64,000 nt of DNA, from positions 108,562,001-108,626,000 of the forward strand of contig OX597821.1 of assembly GCA_951406725.2 (NCBI GenBank), written 5' to 3'. The position numbers and the translations under genes are program-made. Below are positions 38,641-53,360 of the stretch, piece by piece (the first letter of the stretch is position 1; the number at the start of each line of letters is the position of its first letter). Source of the DNA: Octopus vulgaris (taxonomy: Eukaryota). The notes below the pieces were generated by a model. It ran no database searches and had not been told where the DNA came from. It worked only from the letters and a program-made list of their open reading frames with translations.

Positions 38641-38929
38641 AAGAATAAAACGTATTTCAGAGATTAAAAAAAAAAAAACAGAAATGATTTAAATGAACAG
38701 GAAAAGATGAACGAACTGTAGTGACGTCGTAAAGACGATGACTAGTGGTTGTCATGTTGAAGTGGTTTGTTTTATTTCCATTGTCTTGTGTAGTGCTTTA
38801 CTTGTTGTTGTTGTTACATGATATTGGTAGGAATGTTAGTCTTATTATGACAATCATAAAAAGCGATGAGCTGACACAATTGTTAGCATTTAGCTAACGG
38901 CGTTTAGCCTAGCGGTATTTTGTCTGATT

Positions 38930-39212
38930 TTATTCTATCGGTCTCTTTTGCCGAACCGCCAAGTTACGGGGACGTAAACACACAAACAGCGGTTGTCAAG
39001 CGATGGTGGGGGACAAACACAGACACACACAAACATACACACACGCACACACATATATACATACATATATACGACGAGCTTCTTATAGTTTGCGTCTACC
39101 AAATCCACTCACAAGGCTTTGGTCGGCCCGAGGCTAGCGTAGAAGATACTTGCCCAAAGTGTCACACAGTGAGACTGAACCCGGAACCATGTGGTTGGTA
39201 AGCAAGCTACTT
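38930..39212 (-). mobile_element. CORE-type SINE, truncated
   Basis: Family motifs. Confidence 0.85.
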
Positions 39213-39348
39213 AGGAGCTGGATTCTAACAAAAACACAAAGATGCAAAGTTCCATCGTTGGAATGTAGATAAAGAAAAAACAATGTCGCTTATCAAACTT
39301 CAGAAAAATCTTGCATATTCTTACTGTTCCTCTTACAAATTGTACTTG

Positions 39349-40040
39349 AGTTCAAATTCCGCCGCGTTCGACTTTGCCTTTCATCCTTCTCGGAGTATTG
39401 GAGTCGGTGTAATCGACGTAACACCTCTCCCCTAAGATTTCAGGCCTTGTGCCGATAGTAGAAAGGATTATGAAAATTATTAAAAGCGTCGTGTTGACAG
39501 AATCTAAGGAAAGTTTGGAAAAATGTTTTACAGCAGTTTGTCCGTCTTTACGTTGTGAGTTCAAATTTCACCGAAGTCAATTTTGCTTTTCATCATGAAA
39601 TAAGTACCAGACAAGCGTTAGAATCGATGTAATTGGCTAGTCCCCACCCGCAAAGTTTCAGGTATTATGCATATAGTAATGACTATTAAAGGCGGAAAAC
39701 TAGAAGAATCGTTAGAGCGCCGAAGAAAATACGTATTGCTCTTCGTTCCGACTTTTCATTCCTGAACTCAAATCATGACGAGTCCAACTTCGCCTTTCAT
39801 CATTTCGGGGTCGATAAGATAAGCACCAGTTAAGATATAATCGATTAGCTCCCTCCCCCAAAATTTCAGATATTGTTAGGCAAAATCTTTAGAGGTTGCT
39901 ATTCGAGTTCTTTACACTCTGAGTTCAAATTCCACCGAGGTTAACTTTGCCATTCATCCTTTCGGGGTCGATAAAATAAAGTACCAGTCAAGTACTGGAA
40001 TTGTTAAAATCATACCATTATTTTTTAGTGCCAAAATTAG
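39349..40040 (+). mobile_element. Run of ~4 old, diverged Meta-domain SINEs (tail A)
   Basis: Repeated GAGTTCAAAT..ACTTTGC.TTTCATC blocks at ~39350, 39558, 39765 and 39921. Confidence 0.7.
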
Positions 40041-40052
40041 AAAGCTAATATT

Positions 40053-40663
40053 ATTCTTTTCTACTCTAGGCACAAGACCTGAAACTTTTAAATGAGTGGG
40101 CCAGTCGATTATATCGAAGTCAGTATGCAACTGGTACTTAATTTATCGACCCCGAAAGGATGAAAAGCAAAGTCGACCTCGGCGGAATTTGAACTCAGAA
40201 CGTAAAACAGCTGAAATCCCTATTTCTTTACTACGCACAAGGGGCTAAACACAGAGAGGACAAACAAGAATAGACAAAGGGATTAAGTCGATTACATCTA
40301 CCCCAGTGCGTGACTGGTACTCAATTTATCGATCCCGAAAGGATGAAAGGCAAAGTCGACCTCGGCGGAATTCGAACTCAGAACTTAACGGCAGATGGAA
40401 TACCGCTAAGCATTTCGCCCGGCGTGCTAACGTTTCTTATTTCTTTATTGCCCACAAGGGGCTAAACACAGAGGGGACAAACAAGGACAGACAAACGGAT
40501 TAAGTCGAATACATCGACCCCAGTGCGTAACTGGTACTTCATTTATCGATCCCGAAAGGCAAAATTCGACCTCAGCGGAATTCGAACTCAGAACGTAAAT
40601 ACAGACGAAAAACAGCTAAGCATTTCGCCCGGCGTGCTAACGTCTCTTCCAGCTCGCAGCCTT
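40053..40663 (-). mobile_element. Meta-domain SINE chain, 3 units
   Basis: Three B-box/Meta blocks with both junction types; the 3'-most unit has tail A. Confidence 0.9.
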
Positions 40664-41537
40664 AAGAGAAGGAATTATTATCGTCGTAGTAATAGTGGTG
40701 AATGAATAGAGCTTCGGAGAAAATAATTTTGCGCTATTTGCTCCAGCAGTGAACAACCGAGAACGTTGGAAATTTACGACATGCGATATTTGTTCTGCTC
40801 TATACAACGTAAGTTCACATCACGCCAAGGACAACTTTGCCTTCTATCACTTCAGGGTCGATAAAAACGCAGCATCGATACAACAGCATCAGTGATGTTT
40901 TGTGGTCAGTTATACTTATTAATCCCCTGTCTAAAAAGTTGCTGGCCTTGTCCTTACATTAGAAATTATTATTGTTGTTGTGTCAGCGATTGTGTAATAG
41001 CGATTTTGCTATAGATTTTGTTGCTTATGGTTGTGGAGGTAGAGTGGTTGTCGTTAGCGTAATTACTCTCGTTGCTTTTACTGTAAATGGTGACTCCTAT
41101 GTTACTATTTTTATTATTGATGCTGGGGTTGAGCTGATGCTTATTATTGTTGTTGCTCTTGTTTCTATTTTTATTGCTATCGGTGGTGCAGTTCCTTTTT
41201 GTTTTTTTGTTGCTGCAGATTCGTTCATCATTCTGCTGCCGCTGTTGTTGGATTTTCTTAATATTTTGCTGCTCTGGTTGTTGCTGTTATTCCTAATGTC
41301 GATGGTTGCTGTGGTGGCGCTCGTGTCGTTGTAGCTTTGCTTATTATCAGCGTCATCGCTACCATCGTCGTCGTTATCGCCGTGTTCTTGTTATTTAGCA
41401 TAAAATCAACACAAATCGACGAGACATATCATCGAAAGCGCTCCATCCAAGACAATACAGTCTTATTTCTCCAGGCTACAATATCTCAAACCATGTCATT
41501 ATTCAATCCATATTTCCTTATTTCAGGCACAAATATA

Positions 41538-42101
41538 TTGGGTTGTCTGGAAAGTTCGTGCCGATTTATAGTAGCTTACATTTCGACTTATTTTACAACA
41601 TGGTTGAGTCCATAAAATAGGATTTGACTACAACTCTATTTAGAACACAGTTTAAACTATCTTTTCGTGGAAGAAGGTTTATGTTCCTATAACCTGTGTT
41701 AATTCTGTAACCCTTTAAAATGGAAGATAAGAAAGTTCAATTTCGGCACTTGAAGCTTTGGGAACCAGACAAAAATTGCTGCATATCGGCTGGGATGTGT
41801 TACCCCACCCTCCTTATTCACCAGATATTGCCCCTTCGGATTCCACTTATTCAGGTCTCTGCAGAATAGTCTTAATGGTAAGATTTCAATTCCTTCGATG
41901 ACGTAAAAAGATACCTTGATGAATTCTTTGCCATGAAACCACCTCAATTCTGGGAAGAGGGTATTTTCAAGTTAAAAGAAAGATGGAGACGCATTATGCA
42001 ACAAAATGGTTGATATTTGGTTGATTAAAAATGAAATGGCAAGTATTTATTGACCTTTTTCTTTCCTTTAAAAATCGGCACAAACTTTCCGGACAACCCA
42101 A
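41538..42101 (+). mobile_element. Non-autonomous mariner, same deletion derivative as 343-901
   Basis: TA-TTGGGTTGTCTGGAAAGTTCGTGCCGATTT...AAATCGGCACAAACTTTCCGGACAACCCAA-TA; MEDKKVQFRHL fused to GWDVLPHPPYSPDIAPSD. Confidence 0.93.
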
Positions 42102-42194
42102 TACAATAGTGCGATGTAGATTTAGTCGTTCTTTCTAGCATTTCAAGTGACCACGTATATATGTCCTCGGTGATCGTTATGATCGTTTCCATTG

Positions 42195-43130
42195 TTGGTG
42201 GTGGTGGTGATGGTGATGGTAGCGATTGTGGTTGAGGCGGTTGTAGTACTGTTGGTCGTTTTAGCGTTTTTATTATTAGTGGTGGTGATGCTGGTTGCGG
42301 CCGTGGTTGTGGTTGCGGTTGTGGCGCAGGTTACGACAGTTATTGTGGTGCTGGTGGTCGTCGCCTTGTAGTGTTAGTGGCGGTGATGGATGCTGTTGTT
42401 GTCGTTGTTGCTGATTGGTACAAGTGGTTGTGAAGGTGGTGGATATGGTCACTGCTCTTGTTGGTATTGCGGTGGTGATGGTTGTCCGGTGACGTCATGG
42501 TGATAGCAGCGGTGTTAACGTTGTTGTTATTCATGGTGGTGGTGGTGGTGATCCTGCTCGTGATGCTGGTCGTGGTGGTAGTGGTGGTGGTAGTGGTGGT
42601 GGTGGTGGTGTTGGTGCTGGTCGTAGTGGTGCTGGTGGGGGTGGTAGTGGTGGTGATAGTGGTGTGGTGCTGGTGGTGCTGGTGGTGTGGTGGTGGTGGT
42701 GGGGGTGCTGGTGGTGGTGGGGGTGCTGGTGGTGGTGATGGTGGTGGTGGTAGTGGTAGTGGTGTGTGGTGGTGGTGGTGGTGGTAATGGTGGTGGTGGC
42801 GGTGGGGGTGGTGGTAATAGTAACAGCTGTGATTGTGTTGCTAGCCGTGGTTGCAATGGCGCTACTGCTGGTGCTGCTGGTGCTGCTGCTGCTAGTAGTG
42901 ACAATTGTGGTGGTGGTGGTAGTGGTGGTCTTGGCAATGGCTTTAGGGATGTTGGTGATTCTAGTATTGGTGATGGCGGTAGCGGTGGTATTGGTGGTGT
43001 TGGTGGTGGCAGTGGTGGTTATGGTGCTAGTGGAGCTGTTGGCGTCGGGGGTAATGGTGGTGGAGGTGCTGCTAACGTTGCTAGTAACGGTGGTTGCGAT
43101 AGTGGTGCTTCTTGGAGTGGTTCTTGTGGC
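42195..43130. repeat. Degenerate (GGT/GGN/GTN)n low-complexity tract
   Basis: Directly visible; all frames give homopolymeric V/G/W or T/P/H runs. Confidence 0.85.
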
Positions 43131-43472
43131 CATGTCCTTTATTAAACACGTGTTAACCCTTACATCCAGCATAAGGAGTCGATTAATGGCCGTCCACTTT
43201 GATAAATCTTAGAGGAAGTACAGTGTTAAGTTTCACCATACTTCTATATACACACCCACCCAGGAGCTTATGTACATGCACACACATACATAGATATGTA
43301 TGTGTGTGAGTGTACCGTCTGACTCCCCCCCCTCTCTCTCTCTCTTGCACAGGCACACACACACACACATATATATACGTATTTAGAATAAGTGAGGGAC
43401 GGGAGAGAACGGGAAGGAGAGTTAAGAGTACGTGTATTTTTTGTCAACGGCTGCACTATAGTGCATTACATA

Positions 43473-43521
<49 letters not shown>

Positions 43522-43570
43522 GTCTGTGTGTGTGTGTATTTATATATGTCTATATATTATATATATATAC

Positions 43571-43615
<45 letters not shown>

Positions 43616-43685
43616 GTATATACATGAGTATGCATGTACGTGTGTAAAGAGAAAGTAAAGATGCTTGTTAGTTATCTAGCTGAAC

Positions 43686-43757
<72 letters not shown>

Positions 43758-44160
43758 CAAAGTACATAAAGAAGAATTTCAGGTTTTATAGGGGCTGAAA
43801 TTTGAATATCTCTGATCTTGTATTGCATATATCTTTAAGCAATATTTTTCCTTTGTACTATTCCTAATCTTGTTTCTTTTTTCTCTTAGTCTGAAATCTC
43901 TCAGTATTTCAGGAAACTGTCATAGAAAGAATGCTGGAACATGTCCAAAATTTTGATTAGCTCAATAAGCCTTCGGAAGAATATTGGATCTATCTTCATA
44001 AAATTTTCTTCTGATGGAGAAAGAACGCTTCTCACCTATGGTAGTAATTAACATTTTAACGCTTTTCATTCAGTTTTCTAACTTTTAGTTTGAGGATTTT
44101 AGAACTTTTAGTCGCGAAGTATATGATCTAAGCGAGACCTCTTAAAGTGGCATGTTACAA

Positions 44161-44240
<80 letters not shown>

Positions 44241-44259
44241 GAAGAAGAAGAAGAAGAAG

Positions 44260-45654
<1,395 letters not shown>

Positions 45655-45670
45655 TATAATAATAATAATA

Positions 45671-45936
45671 TGGGAAGTTAAGCAGTTGTGGTCGATGAAA
45701 AAGGTGGTAGTAGTACCAATAATTGTCAGAGCCCTGGGAACGGAAAGCAAAAATCTCGAGAAGTACGTGGAACAAATAAAGGCTGGAATAAGAGTGGAGC
45801 ACTTGCAGAAAACAGCACTGATTGGAACCGCTCGAATACTCCGGTAGGTGCTCGAAAAATAAGTATTACCTTAGTTCACTGGTTGTGAACAGCTGACACC
45901 GTAGTACATCTCCAGCTTTAGAAGATGTGCAAAGGC
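45671..45936 (+). mobile_element. R4/Dong-clade 3' end of a different subfamily
   Basis: WEVKQLWSMKKVVVVPIIVRALGT..LEKY..LQKTALIGTARILR, different 3' UTR, (AAT)n both sides. Confidence 0.85.
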
Positions 45937-46026
<90 letters not shown>

Positions 46027-46030
46027 TATA

Positions 46031-46680
46031 AGTAGAGGCCTTATACAGCTGGAAAACTACTATAAAATAACCACCATAGGACTGCAAAAATATCTACTTC
46101 AGAAGGAAGGAAAACTGATACAAATAGCGGCAAAACACGAGCAAAACAAAAAAGTGTTATCAGTATTTAAGGAAGCTGACAAATACAAACAAGAAATCAT
46201 ACCACCTAACAAATATGAAGAAGAAGAAAAAGATGAAGAAACAACAAAAAAGCTATAAAACAAATGAAATCCAAACTAAAAATAGAACAGCAACGAACCA
46301 TGATAAAACGATGGCAAGAAAAGCCCCTTCATGGTAAATACTGGACTAAACTAAACGCAAAAGAAATAGACAAAGAAAAATCCCAGCAATGGTTGAGAAG
46401 CTCAGGACTCAAAGCAGAGACAGAGGGATTTTTAATTGCAGCACAAGACCAAATCCTCCCCACCAGAAATTACCAAAAACATGTAATGAAAAGAAATATA
46501 ACAAGTAACAGCAGAATATGTGGAGATGGACAAGAAACGATAAATCATATTATCTCTGGCTGCCCAGTCCTGGCTAAGAAGGAATATATTCACAGACATG
46601 ACAGAGTTGGAACCTACATACACTGGAAACTATGCCAACATTATGGAATAACAACAGAAAAAGATGGTATAGGCACACAC
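46031..46680 (+). mobile_element. R4/Dong-clade internal fragment (thumb to zinc knuckle to RHD), 3'-truncated
   Basis: ORF 46264-: WQEKPLHGKY..WL..LKAETEGFLIAAQDQ.LPTRNY..RIC..ETINHIISGCPVLAKKEYIHRHD. Confidence 0.9.
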
Positions 46681-48496
46681 TCTGGCCATTTTCAAAACTT
46701 TTACTCACCTTTTCATAAATTCACTCGAGGACAGCACCTCTCACTCCACCCTCACTTTCCTTTTCAATTGAAACTTGAAGAAGAATGTCTCTACCCTCAT
46801 TCCTTTCAGCCTCGTCCACCAGACAACCGCTTTCGCCACAGCCACCACGCAAAGGAAAACTGCCTTGCCAGCCCGATTAAAGGAGAGCGGCGTGGGTAAC
46901 CATCAATATGGCCGCCTCGGATGACAGACAGATCCGTCCCTCACGCGACAGTAGCTGTTCGACATAACTCCATAAACCAGAAAATTTCCGGACACGTGTG
47001 TGTGTGAGTGTGTGAGTTTTTGTGTGTGCATGTGTGTTTGTGTGTATGTGTGTTTGTGTGTGTGTAAGTGTGAGTGTTTGTGTGTGCGTATGTGTGTGTG
47101 TTTGTGTGTGTATGTTTTCTGTGTGTGTGTGTGTGTGTTTGTGTGTGTTTGTGTTTTTGTGTGAGTGTATGTCTGTGTGTGTATATTTTTTTGCGTGTGT
47201 GTTTGCCTGTGTGTGTGTGTATGCGTGTGTGTGTGTTTGCGTGTATGTATTTTTGTGTGTATGTGTTTTTGTGTATGTGCATGTGTTTGTGTGTATGTGT
47301 GCGTATGTATGCATGTGTGTGTGGGGGGGTCAATGTATGAATGCATGAGTGTAAGGAATTTCATTAGAGCAGCGGAGTCGAAAGACCCCCCACACAGACA
47401 TCAGCAACGAACGCTGGAGACACCCGAATACAGAAGTAATGTACTTGATACTAAGTAAACACCCACTTCACCCTCACGGACGTAGGGGACACCTGGGCAT
47501 CGATTAAATCATAAACGCAGAAGAGCCTCCTCCACACAGATTCGGGAGACGATCTCTCGTATAAGTCCAAATGACTTTAGTTTCTAGTAAATTCTCTATT
47601 TGCCACGACCATCGCAAGTCCAAATAGTCTCGATCGCCAGTTTACATATTGAAGGTTCTTGCTACATCCATGGTAAGTTTACGTGGGAGGTTCAAGAGTA
47701 GGAAGTAAAAACAAATCATTACATCTGTGCACCACGTGGACAAACAAAATCATCGAAAGATTATCGAAACATTATAAATTGCTCGAAGTAATGCAGAAAT
47801 CCGTTCAAGTCAGTAACATCTCTTTATATGTGAATTTCTATTGAAATCTCGTGTAATCTTGTGAAACCTCGTGTTCTGTCCTTAAAAAATGGATACGATC
47901 GTCAATATCCTCAAGAGGTTCGCTTCAATAATTGTGGAGACTTTCAGAACCTGAAACCATTGGTTGCAATGTTATTCAGTACAGTATATATACACATATA
48001 ATGTATATACAAACTTATGTACATTCACATATAAATACAAGCATATATATGTCTGTATACAGTTATACATGTACATATGTATGTACGCACATACGTACGT
48101 ACGTATGTAAGTATAATAGCGAATGATAGATTGCTTCAAAATTCGCGCGCAGGGAAATACTCCGAGTAGTACCGGAATGATTCATCAACTTCGACGGAAT
48201 AATAATAACTCCACTACATAAACCATGTACTTTTTCCCGTCTGGTCACTCCTACTCTCTATCGGTTTCTTTCTGTCTTTGTCTCTGTCTGTATGCCTCTC
48301 TCTTTCTCTCTCTCTCCCTCTCTCTCTCTCTTGTTCTCCCCTATATTCCTCTTCTTCTTCCTACAATAAAATATTGTTTTAACATAGAGAAACACTTATT
48401 TACAAACAGATAAGCAAATATTTTACGTACTCAATATAAAAGCGTGCTCTTAGTTATACGTACATGTATATGCCTTAATACTTCTGTATACATACA

Positions 48497-48528
<32 letters not shown>

Positions 48529-48849
48529 CACACACTTATATATATATGGAGATCATGCATTATCATTCAAATGTACCACCATATGCGCTCGTACCAAAAT
48601 TCATACACACATACTTACTTTTACACGCATGCTTACATATATACAAACATACATACAAACATATATACATTCATACATCCATGCATATAATAATTCATTC
48701 ATACACACACGTATCGTCAATAACACTCATACACCTTCACACATACAGAGGCACAAACTGCAAAGATGTGTCTACATATACATACACATATACATAATAC
48801 ACATTCGCATACATATGATTATATATATGTATATATTTATATAGATATG

Positions 48850-48916
<67 letters not shown>

Positions 48917-49033
48917 GTATATATATATACATATATATATATGCATATATATATATATATATATAAGTGTATATGTGGGTGTACATACACACACGTATAT
49001 GTAAATACATATAAACACATATAAACATATATA

Positions 49034-49084
<51 letters not shown>

Positions 49085-49405
49085 ATATATATGTATATAT
49101 ATGTATATATATATGTATATATATGTATATATATATATGTATATGTATATATATGGTACTTATATGTTTTTCGCGAACAGGTGTGCTTTTGTGCTTACGT
49201 GGGTGACATTTGTCTCGAAGGTAAGTACTCAAATCTTGTAAGTGATCTTGAAGTGCTTGTAGTCGGAGCCACTCTCCTCCCGTTCCAATTTTAGAAAATC
49301 TAGATTCCTGGACATCGAGCTCTCCAAATAAGCGTCTTTTTCTTACACCTGCGTGCGCATGCGCACAAACACGCAAACATGTATCCACGATGAAACATGC
49401 ACATA

Positions 49406-49438
<33 letters not shown>

Positions 49439-49716
49439 CTATGTATACAAACATTTGCCTTCACATTCCCTATTGTTATCTTCATTCAAGAACGTAAGAG
49501 AATGGGGATGGTCTGGCAGGTTGACTTGGTCACTTGGTAAGGGACGAAATAACAGTTAAATTCAACGAGAAATTGTACAGTTTTGTCTTAAACTAAAACT
49601 GGACACACGGGAAAATGTCCAATGATATATGAAAATGCGTACTGGCATCGCTAGAATCCCCACCGTCATCATCATCATCATCATCATACTCATCATCACC
49701 GCCGCCGCCGTCGTTG

Positions 49717-49748
<32 letters not shown>

Positions 49749-50784
49749 GCCGCCGTCGTCGTCATCGTCATCATCATCATCATCATCATCATTGTCGTCG
49801 TCATCATCGCGTCGTACTCGATGTCATCGTCGTCATCGCCGTCATTATCATCATCCTTATCGTTACCCCTTTCTTTACTACCCACAAGGGGCTACACATA
49901 GAGGGGACAAACAAGGACAGACAAACGGATTAAGTCGATTATATTGAGCCCAGTGCATAACTGGTACTTATTTAATCGACCCCGAAAGGATGAAAGGCAA
50001 AGTCGACCTCGGCGGAATTTGAACTCAGAACGTAGCAGCATACGAAATAACGCTTAGCATTTCGCCCGGCGTGATAATGTTTCTGCCAGTTCGCCGCCTT
50101 ATCGTTACCGTCGTCGCCGCCGTTTCGTCACCGTCTTCATCATCGCCGTCATCGTCGTGGTCGTGGTCGTCATCGTCACTACCACTATCATCATCATCAT
50201 CATCTCTGGTCATTGTTGTCTCGAGTCCTAGAATTCATTAACCGATTTCCATGAAGTATAAGTGACAAGATCACAACATTCCCCCCTGAACGGGGCAGTC
50301 ATTCCGCCGCAGGCTGACTTACTTACAGGTAAACGGATTGACTTGTGTTAAAATAGTTTGCACAAGAACACAATGCACCGCCTGATTCAAGAATCGAAAC
50401 CGCAATCACATTGTAATTACTACGCTACAAAACAAGTATAAAATGACTTGAAGAAGGAACCAATAAGTCTTATACGTAAATCTCCCTCAAATCACATCAT
50501 ACCAGCTGCTTTTGACTCATTATCTTCTGAGTTCAAATGCCACCGTTTTCAGTATTGCATTGATTCCTAAATGGTCGATAAATAAAGTATCCTTTAAAAC
50601 CTAGATTCCATACAATCGACAAGCCCTCAACCTTCAAAATTGCTGGTTTTCCACTTAAATTAGAATCCCTTATCTGCAGGTCAAGCGACGGAAGTTAAGT
50701 TCTCTTATTCGACCGTTTAAAGTAGTGGTTCTCAAACTGCTTAATATCCAGGCTAGATGCAGGACTTTGGTTTTTGTAAGGTGC

Positions 50785-51190
50785 CAGGCGTCGGAGTACG
50801 ATAAGAAGCTTGCTTCCTAACTACAAAGTTCCAGGTTAACTCCTACTGCGTGGTGCCTTGGGCGAATGTCTTTTACTATAGCCTCGAGCCGAAGAAATCC
50901 TTGCGAGTTGATTTGGTAGACGGAAACTGAAAGAAGCCCGTCGTATATATGCATTTATACATATATCTATGTATGTGTGTCTTTTTGCCTGTGTTTGTCA
51001 CCCAGCCCCCTATCACCGCTTGACAACCGGTGTTGGTATGTTTAAGTCCTGGTTCGCCAAAGGAGACCAATAGAATAAGTAGGTACTAGGCTTAAAAAGA
51101 ACAAGTCCTGGGGGTTCATTTCTTCGACAGAATACGTTTAAGGCGGTGATCCAGTATGACCGCAGTCAAATGAATATAAGTCAATGAATG
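50785..51190 (+). mobile_element. Diverged CORE-type SINE, with a second tail fragment at ~51255-51460
   Basis: Family motifs. Confidence 0.8.
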
Positions 51191-51514
51191 GAAATTGTTG
51201 TGTGTTTTTGCGTGCGTGTGTGTGTTTGCGCGAGTTTAAGGTTCAGTTGGTCTCCTCACCCCACCGTTTTGACAACTGGTGTTCATTTGTTTTCGTCTCC
51301 ATGACTTAGTGTTTTGGCAAAAGTGCTACTGCAAAAAAAGTACAAAACTTCAAAAACAAACAAAAGCTTAACCAACGAGTTCAATTTCTTCAGCTAAATC
51401 CTACAAGGCGACGACCCAGCATGGCCGCAGTTTAACACCTGCAAAAAGGAAAAAATAGAAAATAGTAATAAGATTATAGCATTTAACTGAAAGCAGGCCA
51501 ATTCGGTACAAATG

Positions 51515-51947
51515 ATCCTTTCTACTCTAGGCACAAATCCCAAAATTTTAGGGGAGAACGGGGATGTCGATTAAATCGACCCCAGTACGCAACTGGTACT
51601 TAATTTATCGACCCCGAAAGGATGAAAGGCAAAGTCGACCTCGGTGGAATTCGAACTCAGAACGTAAAGACAGACGAAATACTGCTAAGCATTTCGCCCG
51701 GCGTGCTAAAGTGTCTTATTTCTATATTGCCTACAAGGGGCTAAACAGAGAAAGGACAAACAAAGGCAGGCAAACGGATTAAGTCGATCACACCGACCCC
51801 AGTGCGTCACTGGTACTTAAATCATCGATCCCAAAAGGATGAAAGGCAAAGTCAACCTCGGCGGAATTCGAACTCAGAACGTAAATACAGATGAAATACT
51901 GCTAAGCATTTCGCCCGTTGTGCTAACGTTTCTGCCAACTCGCCGTC
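51515..51947 (-). mobile_element. Meta-domain SINE dimer (B then A)
   Basis: Two B-box/Meta blocks, junction at ~51712-51720. Confidence 0.88.
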
Positions 51948-52427
51948 TCTCAAATCGGTACAAATAATACAAACGCCATAGCTATTGAATATATCAATTA
52001 AAACGACAAATTTTTCGTCGAAATTAGGATGCAAAAATGATTTGGGAATCAAGCGATATTATTCTCAAAAGAAAAAGCTAAAATTAATGAGGCATCAAAG
52101 CCTTTGTCCCCGCTTTAGTCATCGTATGTTCTTGGAGTAGAGAGTACAATAAAACGAGTCATTAACATGAAAATGTCCAATTTTTCTTTTCCGGCTTTCG
52201 TACCTCAATTCTCGAAAGAATAACTCATTGACGATGATTCTGTTGAGACTTGAGTAAAGTATTTTTGTCATGAGATATCCCATTATAATTAGACATGAAG
52301 GGTTTGAATTAACAAGAAAACGACTTTCATTACAATAATATAAAATAATAAAAGTCTTCAACTGTAGATTCATTGTAGACGCGAACATTTCCTACCAGCG
52401 TTGTTATAATTGCGTATTTTTCATTCA

Positions 52428-52467
<40 letters not shown>

Positions 52468-52594
52468 TATTATATATATTTGTGTGTGTGTGTGTGTGTG
52501 GTCTTTCTTACTCTTTCTCTCTGTTTCTTTATATTTCGGTCGTTCCCTTTGTTCTTCCCTGCAGAGGTATGCGCGTTTATATGCGTTTGTGTAT

Positions 52595-53360
52595 GGCGTT
52601 GAGCTGGCAGAAACGTTAGCACGCCGGGCGAAATGCTTAGCGGTATTTCGTCTGCCGTTACGTTCTGAGTTCAAATTCCGCTGAGGTCGACTTTGCCTTT
52701 CATCCTTTCGGGGTTGATAAATTAAGTACCAGTTACGCACTGGGGTCGATATAATCGACTTAATCCGTTTGTCTGTCCTTGCTTGTCCCCTCTGTGTTTA
52801 GCCTTTTGTGGGTAGTAAAGTAATAGGTATTTCGTCTGCCGCTACGTTCTGAGTTCAAATTCCGCCGAAGTCGACTTTGCCTTTCATCCTTTCGGGGTCG
52901 ATAAATTAAGTACCAGTTACGCACTGGGGTCGATCTAATAGACTTAATCCATTTGTCTGTCCTTGTTTGGCCCCTCTGTGTTTATCCCCTTGTGGGTAGT
53001 AAAGTAATAGGTATTTCGTCTGCCACTACGTTCTGAGTTCAAATTCCGCCGAGGTCGACTTTGCCTTCCATCCTTTCGGGGTCGATTAAATAAGTACCAG
53101 TTACGCACTGGGGTCGATATAATTGACTTAATCCGTTTGTCTGTTCTAGTTTGTCCTCTCTGTGTTTAGCCCCTTGTGGGTAGTAAAGAAATAGGTATTT
53201 CGTCTGCCGTTACATTGTGACTTCACATTCCGACGAGGTCGACTTTGCCTTTCATCCTTTCGGGGTCGATTAAGTAAGTACCAGTTACGTATTGGGTCGA
53301 TGTAATCGACTTAATCTCTTTGTCTATCCTTGTTTGTCCCCGCTGTGTTATAAAGAAATA
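52595..53360 (+). mobile_element. Meta-domain SINE tandem chain: head plus 4 units
   Basis: B-box at 52669, 52853, 53037 and 53221 (exact 184-bp period). Confidence 0.94.

Noticed and set aside
40972-41334. Hydrophobic 120-aa membrane-like ORF
   Set aside because: Decayed (GTT/ATT/GCT)n low complexity; non-ATG start; no family motif.
42531-43212. Thr-rich mucin-like, Gly-rich and Val-rich ORFs
   Set aside because: Degenerate trinucleotide tract open in most frames on both strands; no domain or signal peptide; similar tracts at ~8630, ~49670 and ~62340.
46264-46899. 211-aa ORF as a host gene
   Set aside because: Dong/R4 fragment frameshifting into an unrelated repeat after 46680.
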